DNA of 64,000 nt from Lama guanicoe. Lineage: Eukaryota. This document shows positions 50,135 through 61,947 of this stretch, in pieces. The translations under genes and the position numbers were made by a program. The stretch's first letter is position 1. Each line of letters starts with the position of its first letter. A model generated the notes under the pieces. That model saw nothing but the letters and a program-made list of their open reading frames with translations. It was not told the origin of the DNA and did not search any database. The stretch spans positions 8,466,358 to 8,530,357 of the forward strand of contig MU054187.1 of assembly GCA_013239625.1 (NCBI GenBank), in the 5' to 3' direction.

Positions 50135-51165
50135 AGTGTAGAGGACTGGTTTTAGATCTTTCTTCTTTTTTAATATATGTGTTCAGTGCTATAAATTTCC
50201 CTCTGAACATTGGTTTTGCTGCATCCCCAAATTTTGATAGTTGTGTTTTTCATTTTCACTTACTTCAAAATTTTTAATTTTTTCTTGAGATCTCTTCTTT
50301 GACCCCATGTGTTATGTAGAAATGTGTTGTTTAATCTCTAAATATTTGGGGATTTTCCAGCTATCTTTCTGTTATTAATTTCTAGTTCAATTCCATCATG
50401 ATCTGAGAGCTGAAATTGTAAGATTTCTATTTTTTATTAAATTTGTTAAGGTGTATTTTATAGTCCAGAATGTGGTCTATCTTGGTGAATATTCCATGTG
50501 AGCTTGGGAAGAATGTATATTCTGCTGTTGTTGGATGAAGTAGTCTGTGGATGTCCATGATATCCAGTTGACTGACAGTATTTTTGAGTTCAACTATGTT
50601 CTTTCTGTCTGCTGTACTGTCTATTTCTGAGAGAAAGGTATGGAAGTCTCCAACTATAATAACGGATTCATCTATTTTTTACTTTCAGTTCCATCAGATT
50701 TTGCCTTGTGTATTTTGATGCTCTGTTGTTAGGTACATACATGTTAAGGATTGTTACATCTTCTTGTAGAATTAGCCCCTCAATCGATATGTAATACCCT
50801 TCTTTATTCCTGATAACCTTCCTAATTCTGAAGTACACTCTGTCAGAAATTGTTACAGCGACTCCCATTTTATTTTCTTTAGTATTAGCATGGTGACTGT
50901 TTTCTGCTTGTTGCCCTTCTTCTTTGTTACTATTTTGTTCTCTACTCTTTTTCTGCCTTTTGAAGTTTTCACTGAGCATTTTATAATGATTTTCCATTTC
51001 CCCTCTCTTAGCGTATCAGTTATACTTCTTTCTTTTACTTTGTTTAGTGGTTTCCCTAGAACTTTGCAATACTCATTTATAACTAATTCAAGTACACTTT
51101 CAAATAACACTGTACTGCTTCACAGGTAGTGCAATTACCTTATACAATAAGAAAATAATCTTAAT
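50135..51165 (-). mobile_element. Ancient L1 fragment: inter-ORF region plus ORF2 endonuclease
   Basis: HANT..KMGVAVTISD..RNKEGYYI..G.ILQEDVTILNMYVPNNRASKY is the L1 APE-like endonuclease. Confidence 0.92.
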
Positions 51166-51964
51166 CCTATTCCTTGGGAGCACATCCTCATGGGGCATAC
51201 TCTGTAGCTGGACCCCTGGAGCCATCCTGGATTTGAATCTCTTTATAAAGTTAGAAGCAGTGAGAAGTGATGGGAGTAGACCTTAAGGAGGATCAGCAGT
51301 GCCCTGAAAACTAAGAGATCTTTTACGGTTACTTGAGACGAAAGATGACTAACCCAGCAAATGGTAGAAATCATGCTCTGATTATCAAAGAAAACTGCAG
51401 AATTTGCGTGTTCAGAATCCTCAGTTTATTGGCATCTGTGTGTGTGTCCTCTTCCCAGATTTTGAAATCTCATTCTTTTGTAATTAATTCCCTCAGAGAC
51501 CCTGAGAAGTTATGAATTAAATTTTCTTTGTAATTCAGCCATCTGCAACACTAAATTTTGGATTTGGTGTTTAGAAATTTCAGTTCTGCAGTACAGAAGA
51601 TGAAAGTCACCTTCAAGGCCATTATATTATAGAAGCTTTTTGGTTTCTTACCAAGACCTTGAGTTAGGAATTTAAAGCCCTAGTCTCGTTTTTTCCCTTC
51701 CATGTTGTCCAGCACATTTAGAAACAACCAAATCCATCTATGGTAATTTTACTTTTATTTCTACTAAATTGTTCTATGGCAGCCACCATTGTACAGGCAA
51801 GGTCTTTCCAAGTGGCTGTAGATGATACTTTAAGTAATGTTTTCCTACTACCATAGACTACCGTTGCCCCATTTACCACTGGCAACAGGGTCATAATTGT
51901 CTTTAAATCTAGCCAGACCAGAGAACCAATTCCAGATTTGTAGTACTATGGCTCTGTTACTCTG

Positions 51965-52440
51965 GAATTACTTTAGGTAACAATAACTGTGTTTGTCAAG
52001 AAGCAGAGCCATCATGCATATTATGGGAATAAGAGATTTAGTACATGAATTAAACTTGACACAATTGTGGGAGGAGCTAGGAAAGTAAAGGCACAGAAGG
52101 GAAATTTGGAGGACCAGAGGAAAAAGCCCTCCTCAGTCCTCTGGAAGCACTGTGGCAGGTAGACACGTTGGAGCTTGCAGGGAAATTGTGAAGCCAAACA
52201 CATCTGCCAAAATGGACTGAGGGGGAGTACGAGGAGGTGTGTGGAGGCTGGGTTCCTGTGCAGCTCTTGCCTTTGAGTCTGCAGCCAAGCTGCTGTGCTG
52301 ACCCTGGGGCCTCTGAGGGTCAGCCGGGCCAACAGCTGGAGACATGAAGTGGGCAAGAAGTGAAGAAGAGAAGTGAGGACGGTCAGGGAGGGTGATGAGG
52401 GAGTGGGAAACCTGGAAGATCAGAGTCAAACGGACTCTCC
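51965..52440 (-). mobile_element. MLT2-like ERVL LTR relic
   Basis: AGAAGCAGAGCCA..ACACAATTGTGGGAGGAGCT motif. Confidence 0.5.
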
Positions 52441-53737
52441 TGGTTTCATCACTTACTGTTGTGAGCTTGGGGACATTCATTCATGCTTGTGGATTTCTAT
52501 TTTTCTAGTTGTAAACATAGATGAAATACTTACATGTTGACTTGCATGCCCCTAACATTTTTTTTAAAGCTATCTTTTTGTAAGTTTTCAAACTGACAGT
52601 GAAATTTTTTCATCATAAGTTAAAATAGTTCCAAAAGATGTGACTTTGGGCATATTTTGATTATTGACATTTGATATAAAAATCACATTATCCTTCTTTT
52701 CAGTGTATCTATTCAATATCATTTAAATGCTGTAGTGACTTTATGTCCACCATTATCAATTTAAAAAATTCATGAATAAGCTCTTCTTTAACAACCAGAA
52801 ATTTTACATTGTCCCATTTTCTTCTTGAACTCATATTTCCATCCCATTTCTCCTACAGGATTTTATCCTTACATAATATATTTTTATGCTTGAAGGTCTT
52901 TTATTGATCACATTTTATATCTTTCTGCTATAAAAATACGTATATAAATTGAAATTAATTTTTTTAATATTCTGTGTGACCAGAAGACCGAAGTGTTATT
53001 TTTCCTTCATCTGGATTAAGTTATCATTACAATTATTATTGGTTCATTATTGATCAAAGAAACTTGAATATATTACAGAAATTGATAGAAAAACCTAAGA
53101 AGTTTAATCAGAAATGTGCATTTTAATATGTAAAATACGTATCAATGTATATGCATATGTAACTCTTCTCTGACAGTGAGGAATGTGGATACCAGCATCC
53201 TTAAAATATTTACTTGCTTGATGAATGTCAGCTGTATGTAAACAGCCTCCCTCACCACCACCATCATCGCTGCATTTGCACAGCCTCCTTGTGCAGCCCA
53301 CGCATGGCCGCTGTGCAGATGCCTCCTCCACCTGCTCAGACACTCAGCTCTGCGCTTGCACGCCCTCGTGGTCGTTTACTCTGCCCTAACTGCTGGCTTT
53401 TGGACTAAATCATCCTGAAAGAAAACCAGATAAGGAGGGGGATGGGAGCATGTTTACAAATCTGAACTCTTTTAGTTTGGAGGTAGATATTAAACACAGA
53501 TTGGACACAGCCTCTCTGTGAGTTTCTATGAGGAACAACAGTGTTTACTACCAATACACATGTGCTGCTTTCTTCCCAGGGTCTTCCTCAACATCAACGG
53601 CTTCTTTGACAAGAATTACAGAGGCTGGGGAAGATAGGTTTTTAAAAGATAATTGTCGCTTCTCCTTTAATCCAACTCTACAAATGTATCTGATCTCAGA
53701 ACGTTCCATCATGGGCAAAATACCCCATTTCTTTTAT

Positions 53738-54135
53738 TCGTTTATTCATTCATTCATTCATTTTCATCCCTCCCTCACCTGGTGAGTCCCTGATGACATC
53801 TGAGTGCCAGGCACTGCTCTAGGCACAGGGACTCCACAGAGAGCTGGACAGACAGAACCCCACCCCACAGAGTCTGAGTCCCCCAAGAGCCCATCATGAA
53901 GGGGGCCACTGACGAGAAACAAAGAAATAAAACAGACAGCATATTCACAGAAGTGGCAACAACCCACAGAATTTACCCAAATCTATACTGTGTCGGATGG
54001 GAAGGCATGTACGGCCGGCCAGGGCGGAGACAGGGGCAGCTGTACTGTGTGCATGCAGAGGGGTGGCTGGCTGAGGGCCGACGTGGGCAGAGGCCTGAAG
54101 ATGAGGGAGCAGCCACCAGCGTGTGGGTCTCTGGA
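53738..54135 (-). mobile_element. L2 3' fragment with (TTCA)n
   Basis: ATTCATTCATTCATTCA..GTGCCAGGCACTGCTCTAGGCAC. Confidence 0.75.
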
Positions 54136-54368
54136 GAAAGAAAGTTCCCAAAACACCCCATTTCTAACACTCAGTTTGTCTAGAACAGAAAAATGTGTTA
54201 GGAAAAGACAAAAACCTTTTCAAAACTTCATGTTGACTTGGTTAAGGAAGGCTTCAGACACAGTAGAAGTTGAGAATGTGAAAATGAATTTTCTTAAATC
54301 TTTCCCTGCCTACAAAGTTCTTGGAAAACTTTCATGGACCCAATTTGGTAATTATTGGCCCCTGTGCT

Positions 54369-54712
54369 TGTCTTAGTTTGGGTTATAACAAAGTACCCTC
54401 GGACGGGTGGCTTATAAGCAACAGAATTTATTTGTTGCGGTTCTTAAGGCTGGAAGTCTGAGAGCAGGGTTCCAGCATGGTCAAATTCTGCTGAGAGCCC
54501 TCTTCTGGGTTGTGGGCTGCCAAATTCTTGTATCTTCATGTGCTACAAAGAGGCTTTCATGTGATAAGGGCACTGTTCCCACTCATGAGGGCTGTACCCT
54601 CATGACCTAATTACTTCCCAAAGGGCCCACCTCCAAATACCATTGTACTGGGGATTAGATTTCAACATACGAGTTTTGTGGGGTGAGGGGCACATACATT
54701 CAGCACATTTCA
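54369..54712 (-). mobile_element. MLT1A-type MaLR LTR
   Basis: TGTCTTAGTT..ATAACAAAGTACC..GGCTGGAAGTCTGAGA..CCTCATGACCTAATTACTTCCCAAAGG..TTTCAACATACGAGTTTTG. Confidence 0.9.
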
Positions 54713-56784
54713 GTGGTCAAAAAAATCAGAAGTAGCAACAAATTTGTAGTGAATCGATGGCTGTGAAAAAACAAGATAATTCATGCAGATAATTCAATTA
54801 TATACATAGATAAGAATGAAAAGAAGTATGTTACATGTTATTTATCAATGAGAATAAGTAAGAATTACACTTTACTTCTATTGGGTAGAACATGTAATGG
54901 GAAAGATGAAAGTCATTTTCTAAAATTTCTGTCAAAAGTTTTTGCCTTTTTAAATCCAATTTTCGTATTAGGACTTGACTCATCTCTGTCACATTATTTT
55001 AGGTGTTTAATGAAAATTACCTCAACTATTTAGATTTAAGATGTTGAATCTTAAAGGCAGCAAGTATTTTTAGGAGTTGGGGTGAAGTTATTCACCCGTG
55101 TTGTTTCATCATTCAGCAAATAGTTGAATGCTTCCTGAGAGCCCAGCGCAGAGCCACGCACAGGGGACATGACAGTGAGTGAAATTCCTTATGGTCCCTG
55201 CATCCGTGGAGATACAGTCTAGAACCCTTTGACTGAAGGCTAAAGGAACCATAATTTAAGCGAGAAAATGTGATCCATTTGAACAACGTAGATTAGCTCG
55301 TGAAAATGAGAGGCAGGATCTGAAGTGTCTCTGTGGCTTTTAGCTTCAAGAAGCTGCGAACCCTCTTTCTGAGATGACTCCATTGACTCACCCAGCCACA
55401 CCTTCTGCACATCGGCATCTTTGCTCTTATTTAAGTCCCTCAGGGGGTGAGTATGGTTGATGCAGGTTGAGTTGTGTCTCTACCTCTGGAAATAGTTGTG
55501 TGACTGTAATTGGTAGTCTCACCATAATCCCAAAGAATGAAGTACCTTAAATAAAAAAATAGAAAAAAAATAGTGAGAAGGCAGGGTTTCTACTGAAAGA
55601 AAAACAGAAAATATATTGGGGGTAGGAATGTCCACTTTAGTTTTCAGCCACTAACCAAAATCTGTCTGGTTCATCTTCTTCCATAAAAGTCAGTTCATTA
55701 GTTCCTACTGGTTTACATTTCGAAACTCTGAATCAGCACCTACCCTGCTGTTCCTCTGCTCGCCTCCTCCCCTCCTCCTCCTCCTTCCTTTTGCTGTTCT
55801 CTCCCGTTTCTCTCTCTGTCTCCCTCTGTATCTAGACGTTGCCCAGCTTGCCTTGAGAGGACCCTTAATTATCTTTATATAAAAGGTGTTTAAAAGTCAA
55901 TGCTGTAATATTTTTCTATAAATAATTAAAACAGAGCTATAATAATGTATAACTTTGTAACAAATCTTTTTCATATCTGCATGCATTTGCTATGCCTGAT
56001 GTATCATGTGTGTGTATATGATTCGCCTATGAATGCTGTCCCCATTGTGAAGCACGTTACATAGGGAAGCTGCTCAGTCACCAGCCAGTGACCGCAGTTT
56101 GCAGCATGTACACGCGTGGCCTGTTAATGTCTCGGGGGAAGTGCAGCTGCACAGGGACTGCAGAGGTTTGGGAAGGGCAGAGTGGTCCAAGGGGAGCAGT
56201 GAGATCCAGCAGGGAAAACCCTGGCTTCCTTTTGCTGCTCTGTATGTTCACACGATGTTATTGACCTCAGTATCTTTTTAAAAATTTTATTTTTTTCTCT
56301 ATTAATAACCATTTCGGTACTTCTGGAGGTTCATTCATTGACCTCCATGTGGAACCTTTGCACTGATCTTTTATTTTCAGTCTTTATCAGTAATGACGCA
56401 TTTCAGACATTGAACTGGTATTCCTTGGTTCGAGGCTGGTATTTAAAACCATTGTTTGTTTTCTCGGTCCATGGAATCTTAATATGCATGGCATGTCTCT
56501 CCTGAGTGGCGGCCAAATTTCCCTCAGGCTGGACTTTTAACTACCCGTGGCAAGCCCGTCCGGATTTGCAGTCACATGGGCATCTGGTCATGCCTGGGTT
56601 TCAGCTGCTCAGGAAGATGCCTGTCCCCGGGTGGTCCGCTGTTCCTCACACTGCGCGTCCGTCTCAGGTGTCCTTACAGAACGTGCCTCTCCCGAGTGTC
56701 CTCAAGAAGTTATCCTTTCCAGACAAGCTTTGGACCCACTTAGAATTCTCATTTTTGTTTTCGGGCTTTTGATGATGTGAATCT

Positions 56785-57160
56785 AATACTACTCAATCAT
56801 AAAAAAGAAGGAAATTTTGCCATTTGCAGCAACATGGATGGACTTGGAGGGCAAAATGCTAAGTGAAGTGTCAGACAGAGAAAGGCAAATATTGTGTGCT
56901 ATCACTTATATGTGGAGTCTAAAAAATACAACAAAACTAGTGAATAAAATAAAAAAAGAAGCAGACTCACAGATGCAGAGAACAAACTAGTGGTTACCAG
57001 TGGGGCTAGGGAAGGGGGAGGTGGAATAGAGGGGTAAGGTCAAAAAAAAAGGGAGGGTTATTATGGGATTATATGAAATCATGTGCGTGAAAATTTTGAA
57101 AATTGTAGAGCACTGTAGAATTTAAAGAATCGTTCATTCAATAAAAGAAGAAAGAAAGCA
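56785..57160 (+). mobile_element. L1 3' end (L1MA9-like head, distinct terminal tail)
   Basis: TTGCCATTTGCAGCAACATGGATGGACTTGGAGGG..AACAAACTAGTGGTTACCAGTGGGG; AATAAA at 57140-57145 and A-rich tail. Confidence 0.9.
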
Positions 57161-57189
57161 GTATGAAAACTTGGAAACTTTATCAATAT

Positions 57190-58545
57190 TGCGTTCCTCG
57201 TCAAAGTTTTTAATTTATCATTTGTTCATTTATTTATATCAGTGCAGATGTGTGATTTCTATTTTATTAAAAGGGATATACCCCGTTATTGTCATTCTTT
57301 GTTTTAATACTCAAACTATCCAACATTTGGCTGATGGAAGCTACTTCAGGATGGATTCTGTGTTCTTTAGATACAACCTTACCTTTTTTTTTTTTTTAGC
57401 ATTTCTTTGCTTTCTGGCAAACAAGATGTGCCAGGCTATTTTGTGCGCTCTCTGCCTCAGCCTTCCAAGAAACTATGGGTTCTTTTCAGGGAGGGTAGTA
57501 TTTGGCAGCCAAGTCCCAACTGCGTAGTGTCCATTGCTGTTGGGAGCTGCTGCCTTCAGATGGTCTCAGTGGACAGCACTGGGTGTGTATACTGAACACC
57601 CTGAGTTCACACCAGCACCTCCAATTCCAATCCAGTACTGCAAGATTTGTTCTCGTTTTTGCCTTCCCGTAGTTGTAGTCCATTTTACAGCTCTGAGCAA
57701 CATAGCTCCTATTATCCTTAATACATTTACCTCTTTGATCAGTCATCCTACGTGCCGCCAGTCTCCTGTCGCTGCTGCCACTCCGTCTTTCACACGGATG
57801 TCTTCTTTCCCGCCACCTGAGCTCCTGGGGTCAGGCTACTGTCATTGCCTCCACAGGGACACCGTCCTCCCTCTGTTGATGCCCTAGACACCGCCTGCAG
57901 GACCACACTGCGGAGCGGAAGCCCTCCTCAGTTCATGCTGGCCCCAGTGCCCCGTTCCACTGGCACTCTGTGCTTCCCGCAGGCTGTGGCGTTCTGTGTC
58001 GAGCTGCCCCTCTGGGTGACACTGAGCTTATGTCTTCCTCCTGACGCCTTATACAGTGTTGTTAGTACTCCGGTTGGATGTGTCACTTGTTTTGTTTAAC
58101 CCCATATATTAGACACTATTGTCTTTTGTTAGCAATATTTCTTTGGATTTATGTGCATGCTTATTCTTCTGTTTTCACCGTTATTTCTTATGTTTCAGAC
58201 CGCCCTTCTCACACGGTTCTTCGTGAAGTAGATTCTTTCACGGTTTCTGTAAAGCGAGTTTCTTGGTGGCGTTTTGTACATTCCTAATTTATTAAAAAAT
58301 GTGCCGTTATGATCATTGTCTTATTTTGAACAGTAATTTTGCTAGGAATACAATAGGTTGACAGTAGTTTTCTTTCAACAGTTTGTAGGTAGATTTTACT
58401 GTCTTCTAGTTTCCATTACTTTGTTTAAAAGTCTGAGGTGATTTAACTCTTGCAGTTTTTCAAATAATCTGTCTTTGCTTCCGGGCTGCTTTGAAAGATC
58501 TTCTTTTCATCTGTGATGTCCTAGGGTTTCAGTGGGATGCACATG
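57190..58545 (-). mobile_element. Ancient L1 (L1MC/ME-type) fragments
   Basis: CTTCAGG.TGG.TTCTGTGT.CTTT, CTTTGCTTTCTGGCA..AGATG..CCAGGCT 3'UTR motifs; TAGGTTGACAG..TTTTCTTTCAACA ORF1-region motifs. Confidence 0.65.
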
Positions 58546-59171
58546 GGAGGGAGGTTCCTCACTCAGGCTTTGTTCACATGGATCAGGCACAGCCATCATT
58601 TTTTTCCACGTTGTTTACTTACAGTAGAGTAATTATTGTGTAAACACGTTCTGTCTTGCTGGCCTGCCCCTTTCCTGGTCCTTCGGCTAGAGTGAGTAGC
58701 CTTGGTTGGTGTTTTTTCGGTCTGTGCCTGTTGACACTTATAGGCTGTTGTCAAGAAGAGTTAGGAAACTCACCACCATGTCTTTCTTTGGCTTCCAAAG
58801 CCCCTAGCCAGCTTAATTTACCCTCCTTGTCCAGTAGAAGGAGGGAAAAGAATGTCTACTGCATCCTCCTGCAAATGAAATTCTTTATATAGGTTTTTTC
58901 TTGTTGTTTTCTTTTTAAAACAAATTTACTTTTCCTTGTATTTATCTTGTTTAAAAAAAAGTCCTTAAAAAACATACCATTACTATAGACTTCCAAAAAA
59001 ATAACAATGCATCAAACTTGTTTCAACACGTATATAATTATAGTTATTAAATGTGTGCAAGTCTTCTTTAATGAGTAAAGCATACATACAGAATCCTGTA
59101 GAGTAACTATGAAGATACGATTTTTTTTTCTTTCCTAGGGGATTCCTGTACTTGAGAGGGAAATATTTACT

Positions 59172-59655
59172 CTGTTTTAATCAGTTTTGCTATGGTAACA
59201 CTACTTAAAAGTTCCATCCCCAAACTCAGTGATTTAAATTCTTACTTCCATTTTATGGATCTTCAGGTTGCTGGGCTGAGCTGGAGCCCAGATTCCAGGC
59301 CCAAGGCTGCTCTTTGGATTTCTGTCAGGGACAAAGGTCTCTCACCCTCCTTGAACCAGCAGCATCTCGGGCATGTGAGCTGCTTCATATGTCTCTTTCC
59401 GAAGTTCAGGCCGAGAGGGCAGAAACTTGCTTAGGCACATTCTTTCTGGGCAGGAGCATCAGTTCGTCAGTCCCCTCAAGACAGTCAAGGCCTCCGCTTG
59501 CGTCTTGCTTACTAACATTCCATTGGCCAAAGGAAGGCCGGGTCCAGTAGCAGCCAGGCAGGGAAGTGGACCCGGCACACCACGGGAAGCAAGAGGAGGC
59601 ACTGTTTGCCTAACGTTAATACAAACTGTCACAACCCCCTTTAATAATCCTGTTC
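59172..59655 (-). mobile_element. Old MLT1 LTR relic
   Basis: TTGCTATGGTAACA..CCCCAAACTCAGTG..TAACATTCCATTGGCCAAAG. Confidence 0.6.
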
Positions 59656-59950
59656 CGATGATGAAGGGGAGGCAAGCTAACTCATGTGCCATCTGGTGCT
59701 CTCCAAAGGCACCAGGGCCTTTTCCTTTTTCACCAGTCATTTAGAATGCCGGAGCCGACTTCCTCACGTCAGCTCCTAATTTAACCACTTCTTAGCCAAC
59801 CCCAGACCTTTCTCTTCATGTATGATCTTAAAAATGGCTTTCTTCAGTCACTGTAGTTCCTGCAGTGAAAGAGCTATTTTCTCTACCTTTCTTTGCATCT
59901 AAATGCAAAAAATAAGATTGATATCCTGTTATTCCATAAAGCATATAAAC

Positions 59951-59966
59951 GTGTGTGTGTGTGTGT
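59951..59966. repeat. (GT)n microsatellite
   Basis: Read directly from the sequence. Confidence 0.85.
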
Positions 59967-61508
59967 TGTTAAGGGTTATGTCTATGGTGGCGCCTCCTTT
60001 CCAAACCTCACCTTTCTGCTTTAACTACTATGGAAATTCAGGTATTCGGATGTCACAGTTGTTCTTTGAAGACCCTTGACGTAGTCACATATCAAACTAA
60101 GTATGTAAACCTCTGTCTTAATATTCTGTCTCACATCCCATGTCTCTCCATGTTTGGACTAGAAGACCTGAAACATAGGGAAATAGACATGTTTTAGTGT
60201 GTATGTACATGTGCAGTTTTGGGATTTTTGATATGGTAACAAAAAATTTCCTCTAAAGTTATTACCCACACATGTAATTATTTCTTTTTCTTGCTTTACT
60301 GCACATTTCCATATCCTTTCATTCTAAATCTCCAAAAGTGTTTCCCTAATTTGAGATGCTGTGAAAACTTGCATGATTAACCGATTGCGGGAGAGCAGAA
60401 AACTCCTGATACTTAACCGTGTCTCTGATTGTTCCCAGAGGTTTCATCTTGAGCAAGTCAGGAGCCTTTCAGAGGCATTTCTGCCTTTGTACAGTGGCGC
60501 CAATGATACTTCCCTTACTGGTTTATTGTGAAGGTTGCATGAGATGGTGCATTTTAAATTCTTCTGTGAAAGTACAGTGCTGTTCAATTATACATCATTG
60601 AAACATACAAATTGAATTGAAAGGGAATTGTGTATTGTCTCTATTTATGCTAAGTTCTAAATCAAAACATTTGGAAACTAATGAGGGAGCAGCTCCTTTA
60701 TTTAGACAGCTGGAGTGACTTCCTTTTTCGTAATTCCATGGCTTGGAGGAAGCTGATGGAGCTGAAGTCCCCTCAGACGTAACTGCATCAAGGTTTTATT
60801 AAGGGGAGTTCACACAACAGTAGAATTCCCATGATGCCTTTGTCTGGCCATCAGCCCTGGTTTCATCTCTTGTGTATGCTGGAGAACCTTGCTAGGCTCT
60901 AGGCATTCTTCCTTTTGGGGTCCCTACTTCGCATCATACTAAATATATTAAAATATACTCATAGTCCACTATAAAATCCATTTTTGGCTGTAAAGATGGA
61001 AAGGGTTTTGTAGTTTTGTTTTAGAAATGATTAGCTTAAAATTTTATTTAAATTTTTATTAGAAATAATTTACCAGCCATCATCCTGCCCTCTTAGGAAT
61101 TCTTGAGAAGTGACAAAAATCAAACATAAATTATTTAAAATGTTACTATATTACTATGAATTCTAAATTTAACAAATAATGAAGTTGATGTGATTTTATG
61201 TTTTTTAACATTCAACCAAAATTATCTTAATTTTGATTGTAGATTTTCTTTTCATATTTTGGAGCCTGTATATATATTTTTGGGTCTCAAACAATTTCCT
61301 GGGCTTTTTACAAGACTAATCCCAAGGCACATGGTCTGGGTCAAAAGAACCCAAGACCTGGCTCTTTCATTAAGTTTTTGTCCTTGGAAAATTGATCCAA
61401 CATTTCTGGACCTGCCAGCGCTTACTGTAGTGTTGAAGTGAATTAATGTCTCAGGTTTTTCCAATATCAACATTCATGTGTTTCTAGACTACCTTCCAAC
61501 TCCCTGTA

Positions 61509-61947
61509 TGTGATGGGCAAAAAACTGGCAACCCAAAGATGTCCATCTTCTAATCTCTGGAACCTTTGAATGTGTTACCTTACCTGACAAAAGGGACTTC
61601 GCAAATGTAATCAAGTTAAAGATCTTGAGACAGGGAGACTATCCTGGCTTATTCAGACAGACCCAGTGTAGCCACAAGGGTCCTGGTAAGGGACAGTGGG
61701 ACGCAGGAGAGTCAGAGGGGACGGGCAGCAGAAGCATAGGTCAAGGTCATGTCATCATTGACTTTGAGGTTGTAATGAGGGCTGCCTCTTGAAGCTGCAA
61801 AAGGTGAAAGCTGAGTCTTCAGAAGGAACCCAGTGAAACTGGCATCCTGATTGTAGCTCAGTGAGGTAATGGCAACATAATACGTTTATATTGTTTTTAA
61901 GCCGCTGAACGTGTGTTTTTTTCCTAAGAAGTAGGAAACTGATTAAG
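61509..61947 (+). mobile_element. MLT1D-type MaLR LTR
   Basis: TGTGATGGGCA..CCCAAAGATGTCCA..CTAATC.CTGGAACC..TGAATGTGTTACCTTAC..CAAAAGGGACTT.GCA.ATG.AAT.AAGTTAAAGATCTTGAGA. Confidence 0.88.

Noticed and set aside
52560..53170. Very AT-rich block, possibly a hAT/Charlie relic
   Set aside because: No TIRs or transposase motif identifiable by eye.
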